Assembly (NCBI GenBank): GCA_035301825.1
Contig: DATGTP010000034.1
Coordinates: 1,290 to 65,289, forward strand
DNA length: 64,000 nt
Direction: 5' to 3'
From: Pseudogracilibacillus sp.
GTDB taxonomy: Bacteria; Bacillota; Bacilli; Bacillales; Amphibacillaceae
Below the pieces are notes generated by a model that did no database searches, was not told the origin of the DNA, and was given only the letters and a program-made list of their open reading frames with translations. A program made the translations under genes and the position numbers. Below are positions 23,423-34,748 of the stretch, in pieces (positions within the stretch are counted from its first letter, which is position 1; every line of letters begins with the position of its first letter).

Positions 23423-23548
23423 TATATTAGTCACCTACAGTTTTCTTCTATATTCAACAAAATGTGTTCCATTACTAATAATATCATAAATACCAAGGCT
23501 TTTGTTTATAATTTATATTACAATTGTGTATCATTTTGTAATAAAATA

Positions 23549-23588
23549 AAAAAAGGCAAGGCTATATTTAATATAGCCTTGCCTTTTT
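23549..23588 (-). terminator. Intrinsic terminator after cccB
   Basis: AAAAGGCAAGGCTATATT/AATATAGCCTTGCCTTTT. Confidence 0.8.
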
Positions 23589-23595
23589 TAAATAA

Positions 23596-23940
23596 TTATT
23601 TATGAGTTGCTAACCAGTCTGCAACCTCTTGTGCATCATCACCTGATAATAATCCTGCAGGCATTGATCCTTGACCGTCTTCGATAATCGAAACGATATC
23701 GTCAGCACTATGGTCTGCACCTACTGTTTCAAGTGATGGACCAGCACCACCTGATAAGTCTTGTCCGTGACAGCTAGCACATTGCTTTTTGTAAAGCTCT
23801 TCACCAGCTGAAGCTTCTGTCGTATTATTGTTGTTGTTACCATCGTTACCAGCGTTATTGTTGCCATTGTCGTTATTTCCGCCACAAGCACCAAGTACGA
23901 GTACAACACCTAATAATACTGCTACTAACCACTTTTTCAT
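23596..23940 (-). CDS. cccB: Lipoprotein cytochrome c551
   Basis: Lipobox LGAC, CASCH heme motif, MP axial Met; synteny. Confidence 0.9.
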   Translation of the reverse strand: MKKWLVAVLLGVVLVLGACGGNNDNGNNNAGNDGNNNNNTTEASAGEELYKKQCASCHGQDLSGGAGPSLETVGADHSADDIVSIIEDGQGSMPAGLLSGDDAQEVADWLATHK

Positions 23941-24092
23941 AATAATAATCCCCCTATCATTGGAAATTTTAAAGCTCAGTTATTATTATAACCGATTTTT
24001 GAATGAATAAAACATATTATGACGATAAGTCACAAATTTGTTTAAATCTATTCATCAATCGTTAATATACTAGGAGTATAATTTGCTTTTTC

Positions 24093-25194
24093 CTAACGAA
24101 CCTTAGAACGGAGAAAGGCATCGATAAAGACATCAATATCACCATCGATAACACCTTGAGCATTCCCAATATCAATATTCATTCGGTGATCCTTCACCAT
24201 TGAATAAGGATGGAATATATATGACCTTATTTGACTCCCCCATCCGATTTCCTTTTGTTCGCCACGCATTTCTGCTAATTCTTGTTCTTGTTTTTCAATT
24301 TCTAGTTGATACAATTTTGACTTTAACATTTTCATCGCTTGTTCCCGGTTTTTAATTTGTGAACGTTCCGATTGACAAGTCACAATCGTATTAGTCGGTA
24401 AATGAGTAATCCGTACAGCTGAATCGGTTGTATTGACGTGCTGTCCACCAGCACCACTTGCACGGTAGGTATCGACTTTTATATCTTCACTTTTGATTTC
24501 AATGTCAACGTTATTATCAATTTCTGGAGACACATCACACGAAACGAAGCTCGTATGGCGTTTTCCTGATGAATCAAATGGTGAAATACGAACGAGTCGA
24601 TGGACACCTTTTTCTGCTTTTAAATAACCATAAGCATTATAGCCTTTAATGAGAAGTGTCACACTTTTCACGCCTGCTTCATCACCGGCTAAGTAGTTCA
24701 ATGTTTCAATTTTAAATCCTTTACTCTCAGCCCAACGTTGGTACATACGTAATAATATACTTGCCCAATCTTGAGACTCTGTTCCACCGGCTCCTGGATG
24801 AAGCTCTAAAATGGCATTATTTTTATCGTAAGGTTCACTGAGTAATAATTCTAATTCAAAGTCTTCAACCGACTTTTCTAATTGTTTAATTGTTTGGCTT
24901 AATTCATCTAACAGTTCCAGTTCATCTTCTTCTTTGATCATTTCATGTAATACAAATGCATCTTCGATTTGTTCTGCCATTTTTTCAAATTTAGTCACTT
25001 GATCTTTTAAGGCATTTGATTCATCAATGACGACTTGGGCAGCATCATTATCATCCCAAAAATCAGCTGCCGTCATTTGCCCCTCAAGGGAAGCAATCTT
25101 TGCCTTTTTACCTTCTAAGTCAAAGAGACCCCCTAAAGTCGTCAATACGTTGTTCTAACTTATCCATTATTTGTTTTGCTTCAATTAAATCCAT
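24093..25194 (-). CDS. prfB: Peptide chain release factor 2 (programmed +1 frameshift)
   Basis: True start ATG 25194 ([24 protein letters not shown]), then CTT TGA C shift into the ORF-track frame; GGQ and SPF motifs. Confidence 0.95.
25119..25134 (-). other. RF2 +1 frameshift signal (internal SD AGGGGG + CTTTGAC)
   Basis: Minus strand AGGGGGTCTCTTTGAC. Confidence 0.93.
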
Positions 25195-25212
25195 CGTTAT
25201 TCATACCTCTCA

Positions 25213-27729
25213 TTATTCGTTTTTACCGTGACAATGTTTAAACTTCTTTCCACTGCCACATGGACATGGATCATTCCGTCCAACAGTTTGCTTTTTCACA
25301 ATCGGCTTACGTACCTTCGTCGCTTCAGATTCCCCTGAAACAGCTTTTGCCCCTTTAGCTACTTCTTCACGTTGTAAGTTTTGACGAATTTGTGCCTTCA
25401 TCACATAGCGTGCAACATCTTGTTCAATGTTGGCAACCATTTCCTCAAACATGTTGTAACCTTCCATTTGATATTCACGTAAAGGATCATTTTGTCCATA
25501 AGCACGTAAGTGAATCCCTTGACGGAGTTGATCCATCTGGTCAATGTGATCCATCCACTTCGTATCAACTGCGCGAAGCACGACCACTTTTTCAAACTCA
25601 TGCATTTGTTCTTCGCCAAGTTCTTCTGTTTTCTCGTCATAATGTTCATTAACTTTCTCCATAATGTGATTAACAATTTCATCACTTGTTAAACCTTTGA
25701 AGTCATTAACTATATAGGTGCCTTCATCAAATAAGTTCCCGTGAACATAATCAACAATCGATTCGTAATCCCATTTATCTTCATCAGGATCTTGTGTATG
25801 AATTGATACGACACGGTCGACAGCTGACTGAATCATATTCATGACGATATCACGAATCCCGTCTTCTGCATCAATGACTTCAAATCGTTGTTTATAAATA
25901 ATTTCACGTTGCTCACGTAAAACATCGTCATATGAAAGAATCGTTTTACGAGCATCAAAGTTATTACCTTCTACTCGTTTTTGTGCTGACTCAACAGCTC
26001 GAGATACCATTTTACTTTCAATTGGCGAGTCATCGTCCATGCCTAGACGTTCCATCATGTTTTTTAAGTTATCTGAACCGAAACGACGCATTAATTCATC
26101 TTCCATTGATAAGTAGAATTGTGACATACCTGGGTCACCTTGACGCCCCGCACGACCACGTAACTGGTTATCAATTCGGCGTGACTCATGACGCTCTGTA
26201 CCAATAACAGCGAGCCCACCTAAGTCGAGGACTCCTTCACCTAATTTAATGTCTGTCCCTCGCCCTGCCATGTTAGTTGCAATCGTTACTGAGTTTTTCT
26301 CACCAGCATTCTCAATAATTTCTGCTTCTCGGTGGTGGTTTTTCGCGTTTAAGACTTCATGTTTCACTTTTTCTCGTTTCAATAGTTGTGAAATAATCTC
26401 TGATGTTTCAACAGCTACTGTACCAACTAAGACAGGTTTGCCTACTTCATGTTGGCGTTTAATTTCTTCAACAACTGCTTTAAATTTCCCTTCGATTGAC
26501 TTATAAATCATATCTGGTCGATCATCTCGAATGATCGGCTTATTGGTCGGGATAGCAGTCACATTCATATTGTAAATATTACGGAACTCTTCTTCTTCCG
26601 TTTTTGCTGTACCTGTCATCCCTGATAACTTTTTGTACATACGGAAGTAGTTTTGGAAAGTAATTGAAGCAAGGGTCATACTTTCATTTTGAATTGGTAA
26701 ACCTTCTTTCGCTTCAATCGCTTGGTGAAGTCCATCACTGTAGCGACGTCCTTTCATAAAACGTCCGGTAAATTGGTCAACAATGACAACTTCGCCTTCT
26801 TCCACAACATAGTCAGTATCACGGTGCATAGACGTATGTGCCTTCAAAGCTTGGTTAATATGGTGTGTTAAAGCAACATGTTGAATATCGAATAAGTTTT
26901 CAATATTAAAGTATTGCTCTGCTCGGTCAATTCCAGCCTCCGTTAAGACGACACCTTTCGTTTTTTCATCATAAGTATAATCTGTATCTTTAGTTAAGGT
27001 CGTTACAAAGCTATTAGCACGAATATAGAGGTCTGCTGACTTTTTAGCAGATCCTGAAATAATGAGCGGTGTACGTGCCTCATCAATTAAAATTGAGTCA
27101 ACTTCGTCAATAATGGCATAATTCAATTCACGTTGAACCATCTGCTCTTTATATAAAACCATGTTGTCACGTAAATAGTCGAAGCCAAATTCGTTGTTCG
27201 TTCCATAAGTAATATCTGCTTCATATGCTTCTCGTTTTTCTTCTTTTGACTTACTATTAATGTTTAAACCAACTGTTAAACCTAAGAACTCATACAATTC
27301 TCCCATATCAGTAGCGTCACGCTCAGCTAAATATTCGTTCACTGTAATAATGTGGACGCCTTTTCCTTCCAGCGCATTTAAATAAGCAGGTAATGTAGAA
27401 GATAAGGTTTTACCTTCACCTGTCTTCATCTCTGAAATGTCACCTTCATGTAAGACAATAGCCCCCATTAATTGCACGCGGAATGGACGCATCCCTAAGA
27501 CACGTTTTGCTGATTCACGTACGACAGCATAGGCTTCTACTAATAAGTCATCTAAGGTTTCGCCTTTTTCAAGACGTCCTCTAAACTCTTCTGTTTTACC
27601 ACTTAATTCACTATCTGATAATTTTTCTAATTGCGGCTCTAATGCTTCAATTTCATCTACCATTTTCGATAAACGGTTGACTTCTCTTTGATTACCGTCC
27701 CCAAATATTTTCTTTAAAAAACTAACCAT
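25213..27729 (-). CDS. secA: Preprotein translocase subunit SecA
   Basis: [28 protein letters not shown]-terminal [19 protein letters not shown]. Confidence 0.98.
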   Translation of the reverse strand: MVSFLKKIFGDGNQREVNRLSKMVDEIEALEPQLEKLSDSELSGKTEEFRGRLEKGETLDDLLVEAYAVVRESAKRVLGMRPFRVQLMGAIVLHEGDISEMKTGEGKTLSSTLPAYLNALEGKGVHIITVNEYLAERDATDMGELYEFLGLTVGLNINSKSKEEKREAYEADITYGTNNEFGFDYLRDNMVLYKEQMVQRELNYAIIDEVDSILIDEARTPLIISGSAKKSADLYIRANSFVTTLTKDTDYTYDEKTKGVVLTEAGIDRAEQYFNIENLFDIQHVALTHHINQALKAHTSMHRDTDYVVEEGEVVIVDQFTGRFMKGRRYSDGLHQAIEAKEGLPIQNESMTLASITFQNYFRMYKKLSGMTGTAKTEEEEFRNIYNMNVTAIPTNKPIIRDDRPDMIYKSIEGKFKAVVEEIKRQHEVGKPVLVGTVAVETSEIISQLLKREKVKHEVLNAKNHHREAEIIENAGEKNSVTIATNMAGRGTDIKLGEGVLDLGGLAVIGTERHESRRIDNQLRGRAGRQGDPGMSQFYLSMEDELMRRFGSDNLKNMMERLGMDDDSPIESKMVSRAVESAQKRVEGNNFDARKTILSYDDVLREQREIIYKQRFEVIDAEDGIRDIVMNMIQSAVDRVVSIHTQDPDEDKWDYESIVDYVHGNLFDEGTYIVNDFKGLTSDEIVNHIMEKVNEHYDEKTEELGEEQMHEFEKVVVLRAVDTKWMDHIDQMDQLRQGIHLRAYGQNDPLREYQMEGYNMFEEMVANIEQDVARYVMKAQIRQNLQREEVAKGAKAVSGESEATKVRKPIVKKQTVGRNDPCPCGSGKKFKHCHGKNE

Positions 27730-27859
27730 TTATGAGCGCTCCCTAACTTATAAATTTATTCAATCCTATATCATTATATTATACGTCAATCATATCATTA
27801 TTACTATAAACTAGACAAATGACACAAATAGACAAAAGGAAAAGGATAGAGGAAAATCT

Positions 27860-28012
27860 CTACCCTTTTGTCATTTGCTTTTCTTCTTTCAGTTGTTTCA
27901 AGTTAGCTTCGACCTCTGTCAGCCGCTCATTGGTCGCCCGAATGATTTGCATGAGCTGGACAATGATATCTTCATGATGACGTAATTTATCTTCAATTTG
28001 GATACGATTCAT
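27860..28012 (-). CDS. Small (50 aa) hypothetical coiled-coil protein
   Basis: Not in the ORF track; RBS GAGGTG, MNRIQIEDKLRHHEDIIVQLMQIIRATNERLTEVEANLKQLKEEKQMTKG*, hairpin overlapping the stop. Confidence 0.6.
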   Translation of the reverse strand: MNRIQIEDKLRHHEDIIVQLMQIIRATNERLTEVEANLKQLKEEKQMTKG

Positions 28013-28198
28013 CAGCTTGCACCTCTTCTTTTAAACCGATTTTACAAAGGAAATCAACTTCAAGCAAATGCATAAAAATTACTTTTCTCATGCTTTCGAC
28101 AGTTTTCAACAAGTCAAAAAGATATTTTCGCATGTTTTTCGATCATAAACACTATAAAAAGCCAAACAAAATTGATTTTTACCATAAAATGTCCACAT

Positions 28199-28231
28199 AA
28201 AAAAAGAGCTTTCACTTTTCGTGAAAGCTCT
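28199..28231 (-). terminator. Intrinsic terminator of hpf
   Basis: AGAGCTTTCAC-TTTTC-GTGAAAGCTCT with A-run. Confidence 0.75.
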
Positions 28232-28241
28232 GCAATGCCCT

Positions 28242-28793
28242 TTAGTTAGTCGGTTCAATTAAACCATATTTCCCATCCCGACGTCTGTAAACAACATTCG
28301 TATCATTTGTTTCAGCATTAGTAAAGACGAAGAATGTATGGCCTAACATATCCATTTGTAAAATTGCTTCTTCAGAATCCATCGGCTTCAAATTGAAACG
28401 CTTTGTTCGCACAATTTCAATTTGATCCTCTTCTTCTGCTTCTTTTCTTTTTTCATTTTCTAATTCCGCAAAGATGTACTTTGCTGCACCTTTTTGGCGG
28501 AACTTACGATTAATTTTCGTTTTATACTTTCTAATTTGCCTTTCAAGCTTGTCAACAACTAAATCGATAGCAGCGTATAAATCATCGTGCTGTTCTTCGG
28601 CACGTAACACTAAATCCGTCATCGGAATGGTCACTTCAATTTGTTGTTCGTTATTGTAGACACTTAGGTTTACGTGGACATCTGAAGATGGTGTTGTATC
28701 GAAATATCGATTCAATTTGTCAATCTTCGTCTCTACGTAATCCTTTATTGCTTGAGTCACCTCAATGTTTTCACCGCGTATAATGTAATTCAT
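28242..28793 (-). CDS. hpf: Ribosome hibernation promoting factor (long HPF)
   Basis: IRGENIEVT, DLYAAIDLVVDKLERQIRKYK, KPMDSEEAILQM. Confidence 0.95.
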   Translation of the reverse strand: MNYIIRGENIEVTQAIKDYVETKIDKLNRYFDTTPSSDVHVNLSVYNNEQQIEVTIPMTDLVLRAEEQHDDLYAAIDLVVDKLERQIRKYKTKINRKFRQKGAAKYIFAELENEKRKEAEEEDQIEIVRTKRFNLKPMDSEEAILQMDMLGHTFFVFTNAETNDTNVVYRRRDGKYGLIEPTN

Positions 28794-28846
28794 ATAAGTG
28801 TCCTCCTTTGATCTTTGTATATCTATTATACATCTTATTCTTCTAT

Positions 28847-28872
28847 ATTCCTATTAATTACACTATTTAAAC
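28847..28872 (-). promoter_or_regulatory. Putative SigB-type promoter of hpf
   Basis: GTTTAA-N14-AGGAAT on the minus strand; hpf is SigB-controlled in B. subtilis. Confidence 0.4.
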
Positions 28873-28927
28873 ACAAAATTGTAATAATTCTAAAAATTAA
28901 ACTTTTTATCTGTTTACATAACTTGAA

Positions 28928-29614
28928 TTAACTTCTTACTAATGTTAGTGATGAGACGCTTTTAGCCCCCTTATCCTTACATGCCTGTGCAGCATGGCGT
29001 AAAGTTCTCCCTGTCGTATATAAGTCATCTATCAACAATATATGACCCTCATATTTTTGTTTAACTTTAAAAGGATTTGTCATTTCCATCCTTTGTTTTC
29101 GTCCTTTTTTAGCTTGTTTTTCACTTTCTGTACGCTCTAACAAATGACAAGTTTTCCCTGGCAAGATCTTGGCTAGTTGACTGGCTTGATTAAAGTGTCT
29201 TTCTTTTAAACGCCTGTCACTTAATGGAATCGGGACAAGGATCACATCTTGATCAAGCTGATTAACAAATTGCTTATAAAGTCTTTGCCAATCTTTTTCA
29301 AAGGCATAAACGATGGCATAATCACCGCGATATTTCCAGCGGTACATGATGTCTTTCATAAAGTCATTGTAAGTAAAGAGTGAAAGATTCCGCTTCAAAA
29401 TATCTTGACCGTTAAAATAAGCTTGCCAGCGGATGCAATCATAACACTTTCTTTCTTCCGTGGGGCGAGAGCATATTTGGCAATGATCTGCTGACACTTT
29501 CTCGAGCTCTACTTGACATTGACTACATATGCGAGATTGCCCTTCCAGAATGAGTTGCGACCATGTCAATGATTCAATTATTTTTTCTAAACAAATCATA
29601 CAGTAATCCTTCAT
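28928..29614 (-). CDS. comFC: Competence protein ComFC (Zn-ribbon + PRTase domain)
   Basis: CxxC pairs, LVPIPL, RHFNQA, LIDDLYTTG.T. Confidence 0.88.
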   Translation of the reverse strand: MKDYCMICLEKIIESLTWSQLILEGQSRICSQCQVELEKVSADHCQICSRPTEERKCYDCIRWQAYFNGQDILKRNLSLFTYNDFMKDIMYRWKYRGDYAIVYAFEKDWQRLYKQFVNQLDQDVILVPIPLSDRRLKERHFNQASQLAKILPGKTCHLLERTESEKQAKKGRKQRMEMTNPFKVKQKYEGHILLIDDLYTTGRTLRHAAQACKDKGAKSVSSLTLVRS

Positions 29615-31098
29615 GGTTCTTTCCTTTCGGTAAAATAGTTTCGTGCTTTTTTGTTCATCATTTGAATTTGTTTGCGGGCGTTTTTCATGTCTTTGGTGAT
29701 GCCTTCATGGAAGAAGATGAGTTGTCCGCTTGGGTCGTCTTTAGCTCGTCCAACGCGTCCACTAATTTGGACGAGGGCTTGTTGGTCGAAGACTTGGTGG
29801 TTAGCACATAAGACGGCGACGTCGATGGATGGAAAGGTGACGCCCCTTTCTAAGATTGTTGTGGTGATCAGGCAGTAAATCTCTTTGCGTCTAAAACGTT
29901 CAATGATGAGCGGGCGGTCGTCATGTTTACTCGTCACACTGACTGTTTTTAAGTTTGGGTCTTTATAGATTCTTGCTATTTGTTTGGCAAGTCCTTCTTC
30001 AAGGTCTCTTGCCAGTTGGATTGTAGGGACAAAGATTAAGAGTTGGCGTTTGGCATATTGGCGTTGTGCTAACCAATTTTCAATAGCACCAACTTGTTTT
30101 TCTTTAATGAGTCGTTTTTCTAAGTTTGGAATGAAGTGTAAGGTTGGCAGGGGGAGGGGGCGCTTATGGTAGCGTAAAGGAATAAAAATGGTCTTTGCTT
30201 GTTTAAGGGCGAGCGATAAGGCTGCTTTAGGTCTTGGTGTAGCTGTTAAATAAATGGTTGATGCTTGGGCTTTTGAAGCTCTTTTTACAGCAAATTGTAG
30301 CATGTCATCATAATAATATGGAAAAGCATCAACTTCATCAATGATGATGACGTCAAAGGTGGCTTCATACTTTAGAAGTTGATGAGTCGTTGCTAGTAGG
30401 CATTGGGCATTACTCAGTCGTTTGGGGCTGCCGCCATATAAGGCGTCAATGGTCGTTTTTTGAAAGGCTTGTTCTAATCGAGGGTGTAACTCCCTAACGA
30501 CATCAGTGCGCGGGGTCGTGATACATATGCGCAGGCCTTGGGATAAACAATAAGCAATAGCTGGGAATAACATTTCTGTCTTTCCAGATCCGGTCACTGC
30601 CCAAACTTGGAGGTCTTCTCTCTTTTTGACAGCTTGTAAAATATGGTCACTGCCGTATTGTTGGACCTCTGTTAATTGACCTTCCCATGTGAGTGGGTCA
30701 TCGATTTTTTCATAGTCATGGTCTGGACCGATCCAGCGAATGATTGAGCTACATTCCATAAGAGTATTTAATTGAGCACACTTCCGGCAATACATGTGGT
30801 TTGTTTGACAGTGATTACACGGTTTTTCAGCAAATAAACTTTGCTCCATATTATGGCATCGTCTACATTGCCAGAAAAAATGATATTTTTTGACTAAAGC
30901 TTTTTCTTTTTTTACCCAGTTGAGTTGAATAAGTTGCTGAAGCTTGTCTCTTTCTTCTGGCAAGTCACTTAGACTAAGTCTTTTACCATAACATAATTGA
31001 ACATATTTTTTTAATTGAAAAAAATTCGCTAAAGAAAGCTCATTTTCTTTAGCGAATAATTCTAGTTGTTCTATTAAATTTAAACGTGATAAATCCAT
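29611..31098 (-). CDS. comFA: Competence helicase ComFA
   Basis: Zn-finger Cys, AVTGSGKTE, DEVDAFP, TTILERGVT, QISGRVGR. Confidence 0.9.
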   Translation of the reverse strand: MDLSRLNLIEQLELFAKENELSLANFFQLKKYVQLCYGKRLSLSDLPEERDKLQQLIQLNWVKKEKALVKKYHFFWQCRRCHNMEQSLFAEKPCNHCQTNHMYCRKCAQLNTLMECSSIIRWIGPDHDYEKIDDPLTWEGQLTEVQQYGSDHILQAVKKREDLQVWAVTGSGKTEMLFPAIAYCLSQGLRICITTPRTDVVRELHPRLEQAFQKTTIDALYGGSPKRLSNAQCLLATTHQLLKYEATFDVIIIDEVDAFPYYYDDMLQFAVKRASKAQASTIYLTATPRPKAALSLALKQAKTIFIPLRYHKRPLPLPTLHFIPNLEKRLIKEKQVGAIENWLAQRQYAKRQLLIFVPTIQLARDLEEGLAKQIARIYKDPNLKTVSVTSKHDDRPLIIERFRRKEIYCLITTTILERGVTFPSIDVAVLCANHQVFDQQALVQISGRVGRAKDDPSGQLIFFHEGITKDMKNARKQIQMMNKKARNYFTERKEP

Positions 31099-31111
31099 AG
31101 ATTCACCTCAT

Positions 31112-31954
31112 TTATTTTGTACACCAAGCGACACCAATTGAGTTGTCACCTAAGTGGGTGCCGATTACCGGACCAAAGTAGCTTATAATCGTTTCTACTT
31201 CTGGATGTTTTTCAGCAAATTGATCACGTAATTTAAGGGCTGCTTTTTCATTGTTTCCATGAATGAAGACTACTTTTTCAAGTTCTTTTTCCTTCGCGTC
31301 GTCTTCTAGCATTCCAATAATTCGTTTAATTGCTTTTTTACGTGTTCTTATTTTTTCATAAGGCACTATGAGGCCGTCGACAATATGTAAAATGGGTTTA
31401 ATATTTAAGACGCTACCTAAGATCGCTTGCGCACTATTTAGTCGGCCACCTTTTTGTAGGTTGGTTAAATCATCAACCATAAAGTAAGCACGTGTACGCG
31501 CCTTCATATCATTTAAATAAATTAAGATTTCTTCTGGTGATTTGCCAAGTTCTGCTTGTTCAGCTGCTGCAATAACGAATAAGCCTTGTACCATAGCACT
31601 TAATTCTGTATCAAATGGGTAAACAGCAATATGATCAACCATCCCACCCGCACTTTGTGCAGCATTAAATGTTCCACTAAACTTACCTGATAAGTGTAAG
31701 GAAATAACGGCATCATAATGAGCTGATAGCTGTTCAAACAAACTTACAAACTCTCCAATAGCTGGTTGTGATGTCGATGGTAATTCTTTTTCTTTTTTCA
31801 TGCGAGCATAAAATTCTTCTGTCGTCATATCAAAACCTTCACGGTAAGTTTCTTCACCAAAGTTTACACTTAAAGGTACGACATGAATATTATGCTGTTT
31901 TATAATATCTGCCGGTATATAGGCTGTACTATCAGTTACAATTGCAATTTTCAC
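31112..31954 (-). CDS. degV: DegV family fatty-acid-binding protein
   Basis: IVTDSTA, TSQP, LQKGGR, IGTHLG. Confidence 0.9.
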   Translation of the reverse strand: MKIAIVTDSTAYIPADIIKQHNIHVVPLSVNFGEETYREGFDMTTEEFYARMKKEKELPSTSQPAIGEFVSLFEQLSAHYDAVISLHLSGKFSGTFNAAQSAGGMVDHIAVYPFDTELSAMVQGLFVIAAAEQAELGKSPEEILIYLNDMKARTRAYFMVDDLTNLQKGGRLNSAQAILGSVLNIKPILHIVDGLIVPYEKIRTRKKAIKRIIGMLEDDAKEKELEKVVFIHGNNEKAALKLRDQFAEKHPEVETIISYFGPVIGTHLGDNSIGVAWCTK

Positions 31955-32016
31955 GTGTTGACACCCCTTGTCATCGTCTTATAAAATGTCATAGCTCTTT
32001 TTATACTATATACGTT

Positions 32017-32709
32017 TTATAAGTTTACTTCAACCCAGCCATTACGAATGGCAGTGACAACGGCCTGTGTTCTGTCTTTTACATTCATTTTTTGTAAAAT
32101 ATTACTTACATGGTTTTTAACTGTTTTTTCACTGATGACAAGTGTTTCAGATATCTTTCGATTACTTTGTCCTTCAGACAACAGTTGTAAGACTTGACAC
32201 TCACGCTTCGTTAATAAGTGTAACGGCTTACGGTGTTCAATTTGTAAAATAGTTGAATCATTTGAAGCAGAGGCAAGTCGACGATAATCTTCTACTAAAT
32301 TATGAGTCACTTTCGGATGGATATACGATCCCCCATCTGCAACAATTTGAATGGCTTCAATTAATGTTTCTGTATCTACTTCTTTTAATAAATAACCTTG
32401 TGCACCTGTTTGTAGGGCATCTGTTACATATGATTTATCATCATGAATGGATAACATGATCACTTTAATATCAGGATATTTTTCAATCAACTCTTGGGTG
32501 ACTTCAATCCCATTTATGTCTGGCATATTAATATCCATCAAAATCACTTCTGGGTTGAATTGTTCAACAATTTGGAGGGCATCTTCTTTCCCTTCACCAT
32601 CTGCAACAACTTCAATGGTCGATTCAAAATTCAAGAGACGTTTCACGCCTTCCCGAAATAATTTATGATCATCTATTAAGGCAATTTTTACTTTATTGTT
32701 TATTGACAT
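32017..32709 (-). CDS. degU: Response regulator DegU
   Basis: [32 protein letters not shown], LuxR HTH. Confidence 0.92.
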   Translation of the reverse strand: MSINNKVKIALIDDHKLFREGVKRLLNFESTIEVVADGEGKEDALQIVEQFNPEVILMDINMPDINGIEVTQELIEKYPDIKVIMLSIHDDKSYVTDALQTGAQGYLLKEVDTETLIEAIQIVADGGSYIHPKVTHNLVEDYRRLASASNDSTILQIEHRKPLHLLTKRECQVLQLLSEGQSNRKISETLVISEKTVKNHVSNILQKMNVKDRTQAVVTAIRNGWVEVNL

Positions 32710-32834
32710 TTAACTAAATCCTCCCTTATCTCACATTTTCATTGTATCGGTTATGCAACTTATTTTGTTTCTTTTTATAAAAACTTTATCAATTTGTAAA
32801 CAGATTGAAATCTCTTTCATAAAAATCGTGATTT

Positions 32835-33965
32835 TTAATAAGTAATTTGAATGTCTATTTCTGTTCCTTGACCTTCCTCTGTCTGCACTGCCATTTTTCC
32901 TTCAAGCAAATCGACACGTTCTTTGATTCCAGCAAGACCGTAAGAGTTTTTAGAAATAGTTTTCATATTAAAACCTTGACCATCATCTTTAATTTGAATA
33001 TTAATTTTTTCATTTAGTTGCTCTAATCTAACGACCGCATTCATTGCTTTTGCATGCTTATCAATATTTTGTAAAGCTTCTTGAATCATACGGAAAATAG
33101 CGATTTCAACATTAGATTGAAGTCGTTCTTCAAAGCCACTCACATGGAAGTCAATATTTAAATTCGTTCGTAATTGGACTTGTTCGATATGATACTTCAA
33201 GGTTGGTAGTAACCCATAGTCATCTAAAGTCATTGGCCTTAAATCAAAAATAATTTTTCGAACCTCTTCTAATGTTTCTTCAATATGGAGTCGAAGTCCT
33301 TTAAATTCCTTTTGAGCTTCTTCCATCGTCCCTTTTTTACATACTTGTTCGATATATTGTTGGCGCATTAACAGATGAACGATTAATTGCGCAGGGCCAT
33401 CATGAATTTCTCGTGCAATACGCTTCTTTTCATTTTCTTGTGCTTCAATTAATTTTAAGGCAGATATTTCTTCACAAGCACTTTCACATTCATGTGCCAT
33501 GTCATCGATGACTTCACTTTTAAAATAGGCTAACATAATATTAATTTTTTTATGGACTTGATCAACATATTGCAACTGTTTATCTGTCTTTTTTAGAGCT
33601 CTTGTCAGTTCGCGCTTTTCATCTGCTAAGCCTTGTTCCTCTTGTTGAAGAACGATGACTTCCGTTTGTAATTCATGTGTATGTTCATAAAGATCACGAA
33701 CTGTTTCCGGATCGTAGGCTGTAATTTCTTTTGACATCATAGTTGTCTCTTCTTTCATCTGAACGAGCCCTTTTTTTAAATCTGCTATTTGTTTAACTAC
33801 TTCTTCATATTGTCTTTCGAGTTTGAAGATCTCTCTTTCAATAAAGTTAAACTGAGCTATAATCGTCTCAAAAGTTTCTGAAACATCTGTTTTATTTTTT
33901 TCTAATGTATATATTAACTGTTTTTCAATCATTTCAATTGATTGTAATTCATTGTGCTTTAACAT
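32835..33965 (-). CDS. degS: Sensor histidine kinase DegS
   Basis: N-terminal coiled coil, REIHDGPAQ, DLRPMTLDD; upstream of degU. Confidence 0.85.
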   Translation of the reverse strand: MLKHNELQSIEMIEKQLIYTLEKNKTDVSETFETIIAQFNFIEREIFKLERQYEEVVKQIADLKKGLVQMKEETTMMSKEITAYDPETVRDLYEHTHELQTEVIVLQQEEQGLADEKRELTRALKKTDKQLQYVDQVHKKINIMLAYFKSEVIDDMAHECESACEEISALKLIEAQENEKKRIAREIHDGPAQLIVHLLMRQQYIEQVCKKGTMEEAQKEFKGLRLHIEETLEEVRKIIFDLRPMTLDDYGLLPTLKYHIEQVQLRTNLNIDFHVSGFEERLQSNVEIAIFRMIQEALQNIDKHAKAMNAVVRLEQLNEKINIQIKDDGQGFNMKTISKNSYGLAGIKERVDLLEGKMAVQTEEGQGTEIDIQITY

Positions 33966-34031
33966 TTATTGCTCACCTACCATTATGGTATAATAGTCTT
34001 AATATTGTATTTATATAAAGGAGAAATACTA

Positions 34032-34679
34032 TTGCTACCATCATATTATACCATTAAACAATCTGGTTCACATGAAATTATCATTCAAAAATCTCGCTTT
34101 ATCGGCTATGTCGCTCGAGTGACGACAGAAGAAGAAGCTCAAGCATTTATCCAATCCATTAAGAAAAAACATTTTGATGCAACACATAATTGTTCGGCAT
34201 ATATGATCGGTGACAACAATCAAATTCAAAAAGCTAATGATGATGGCGAACCAAGTGGTACAGCAGGCGTTCCCATGCTAGAAGTATTAAAACGTCAAGA
34301 TTTAAAAGATACGGCAGTCGTTGTCACACGTTATTTTGGTGGGATTAAGCTCGGTGCTGGCGGCCTCATTCGTGCATATAGTACATCAACATCTGAAGCG
34401 ATTAAACATGTCGGAGTCGTTCGTCGTGAATTAATGGAAGTTGTTTCAATTAAAATTGAATACCCACTCTTAGGTAAAATGGAAAATAATTTGCGCTCAC
34501 AGCAAATTCCAATTGAGACGATTCATTACTTAGAAAATGTTGATATCCACGTTCTCGTCCCTGTGAATGAATATGATACTTTCCACGAACAAATTGTGGA
34601 ATGGACGAATGATCAAGCAAGCATTGAAAAGCTTGAACAAAAATATGTTGAACTGAATGTCAAATCAACAAAAGAATAA
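34032..34679 (+). CDS. yigZ: IMPACT/YigZ family protein (YvyE)
   Basis: KSRFI, ATHNCSAY, DDGEPSGTAG, RYFGGIKLGAGGL; TTG start at 34032 after AAGGAG. Confidence 0.9.
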   Translation: MLPSYYTIKQSGSHEIIIQKSRFIGYVARVTTEEEAQAFIQSIKKKHFDATHNCSAYMIGDNNQIQKANDDGEPSGTAGVPMLEVLKRQDLKDTAVVVTRYFGGIKLGAGGLIRAYSTSTSEAIKHVGVVRRELMEVVSIKIEYPLLGKMENNLRSQQIPIETIHYLENVDIHVLVPVNEYDTFHEQIVEWTNDQASIEKLEQKYVELNVKSTKE

Positions 34680-34748
34680 GTAAAACATCTATGTTTTATC
34701 ATCATTCGGTGATATAATAAAACATATTTAGTAAAGGAGTAGCGGCCG

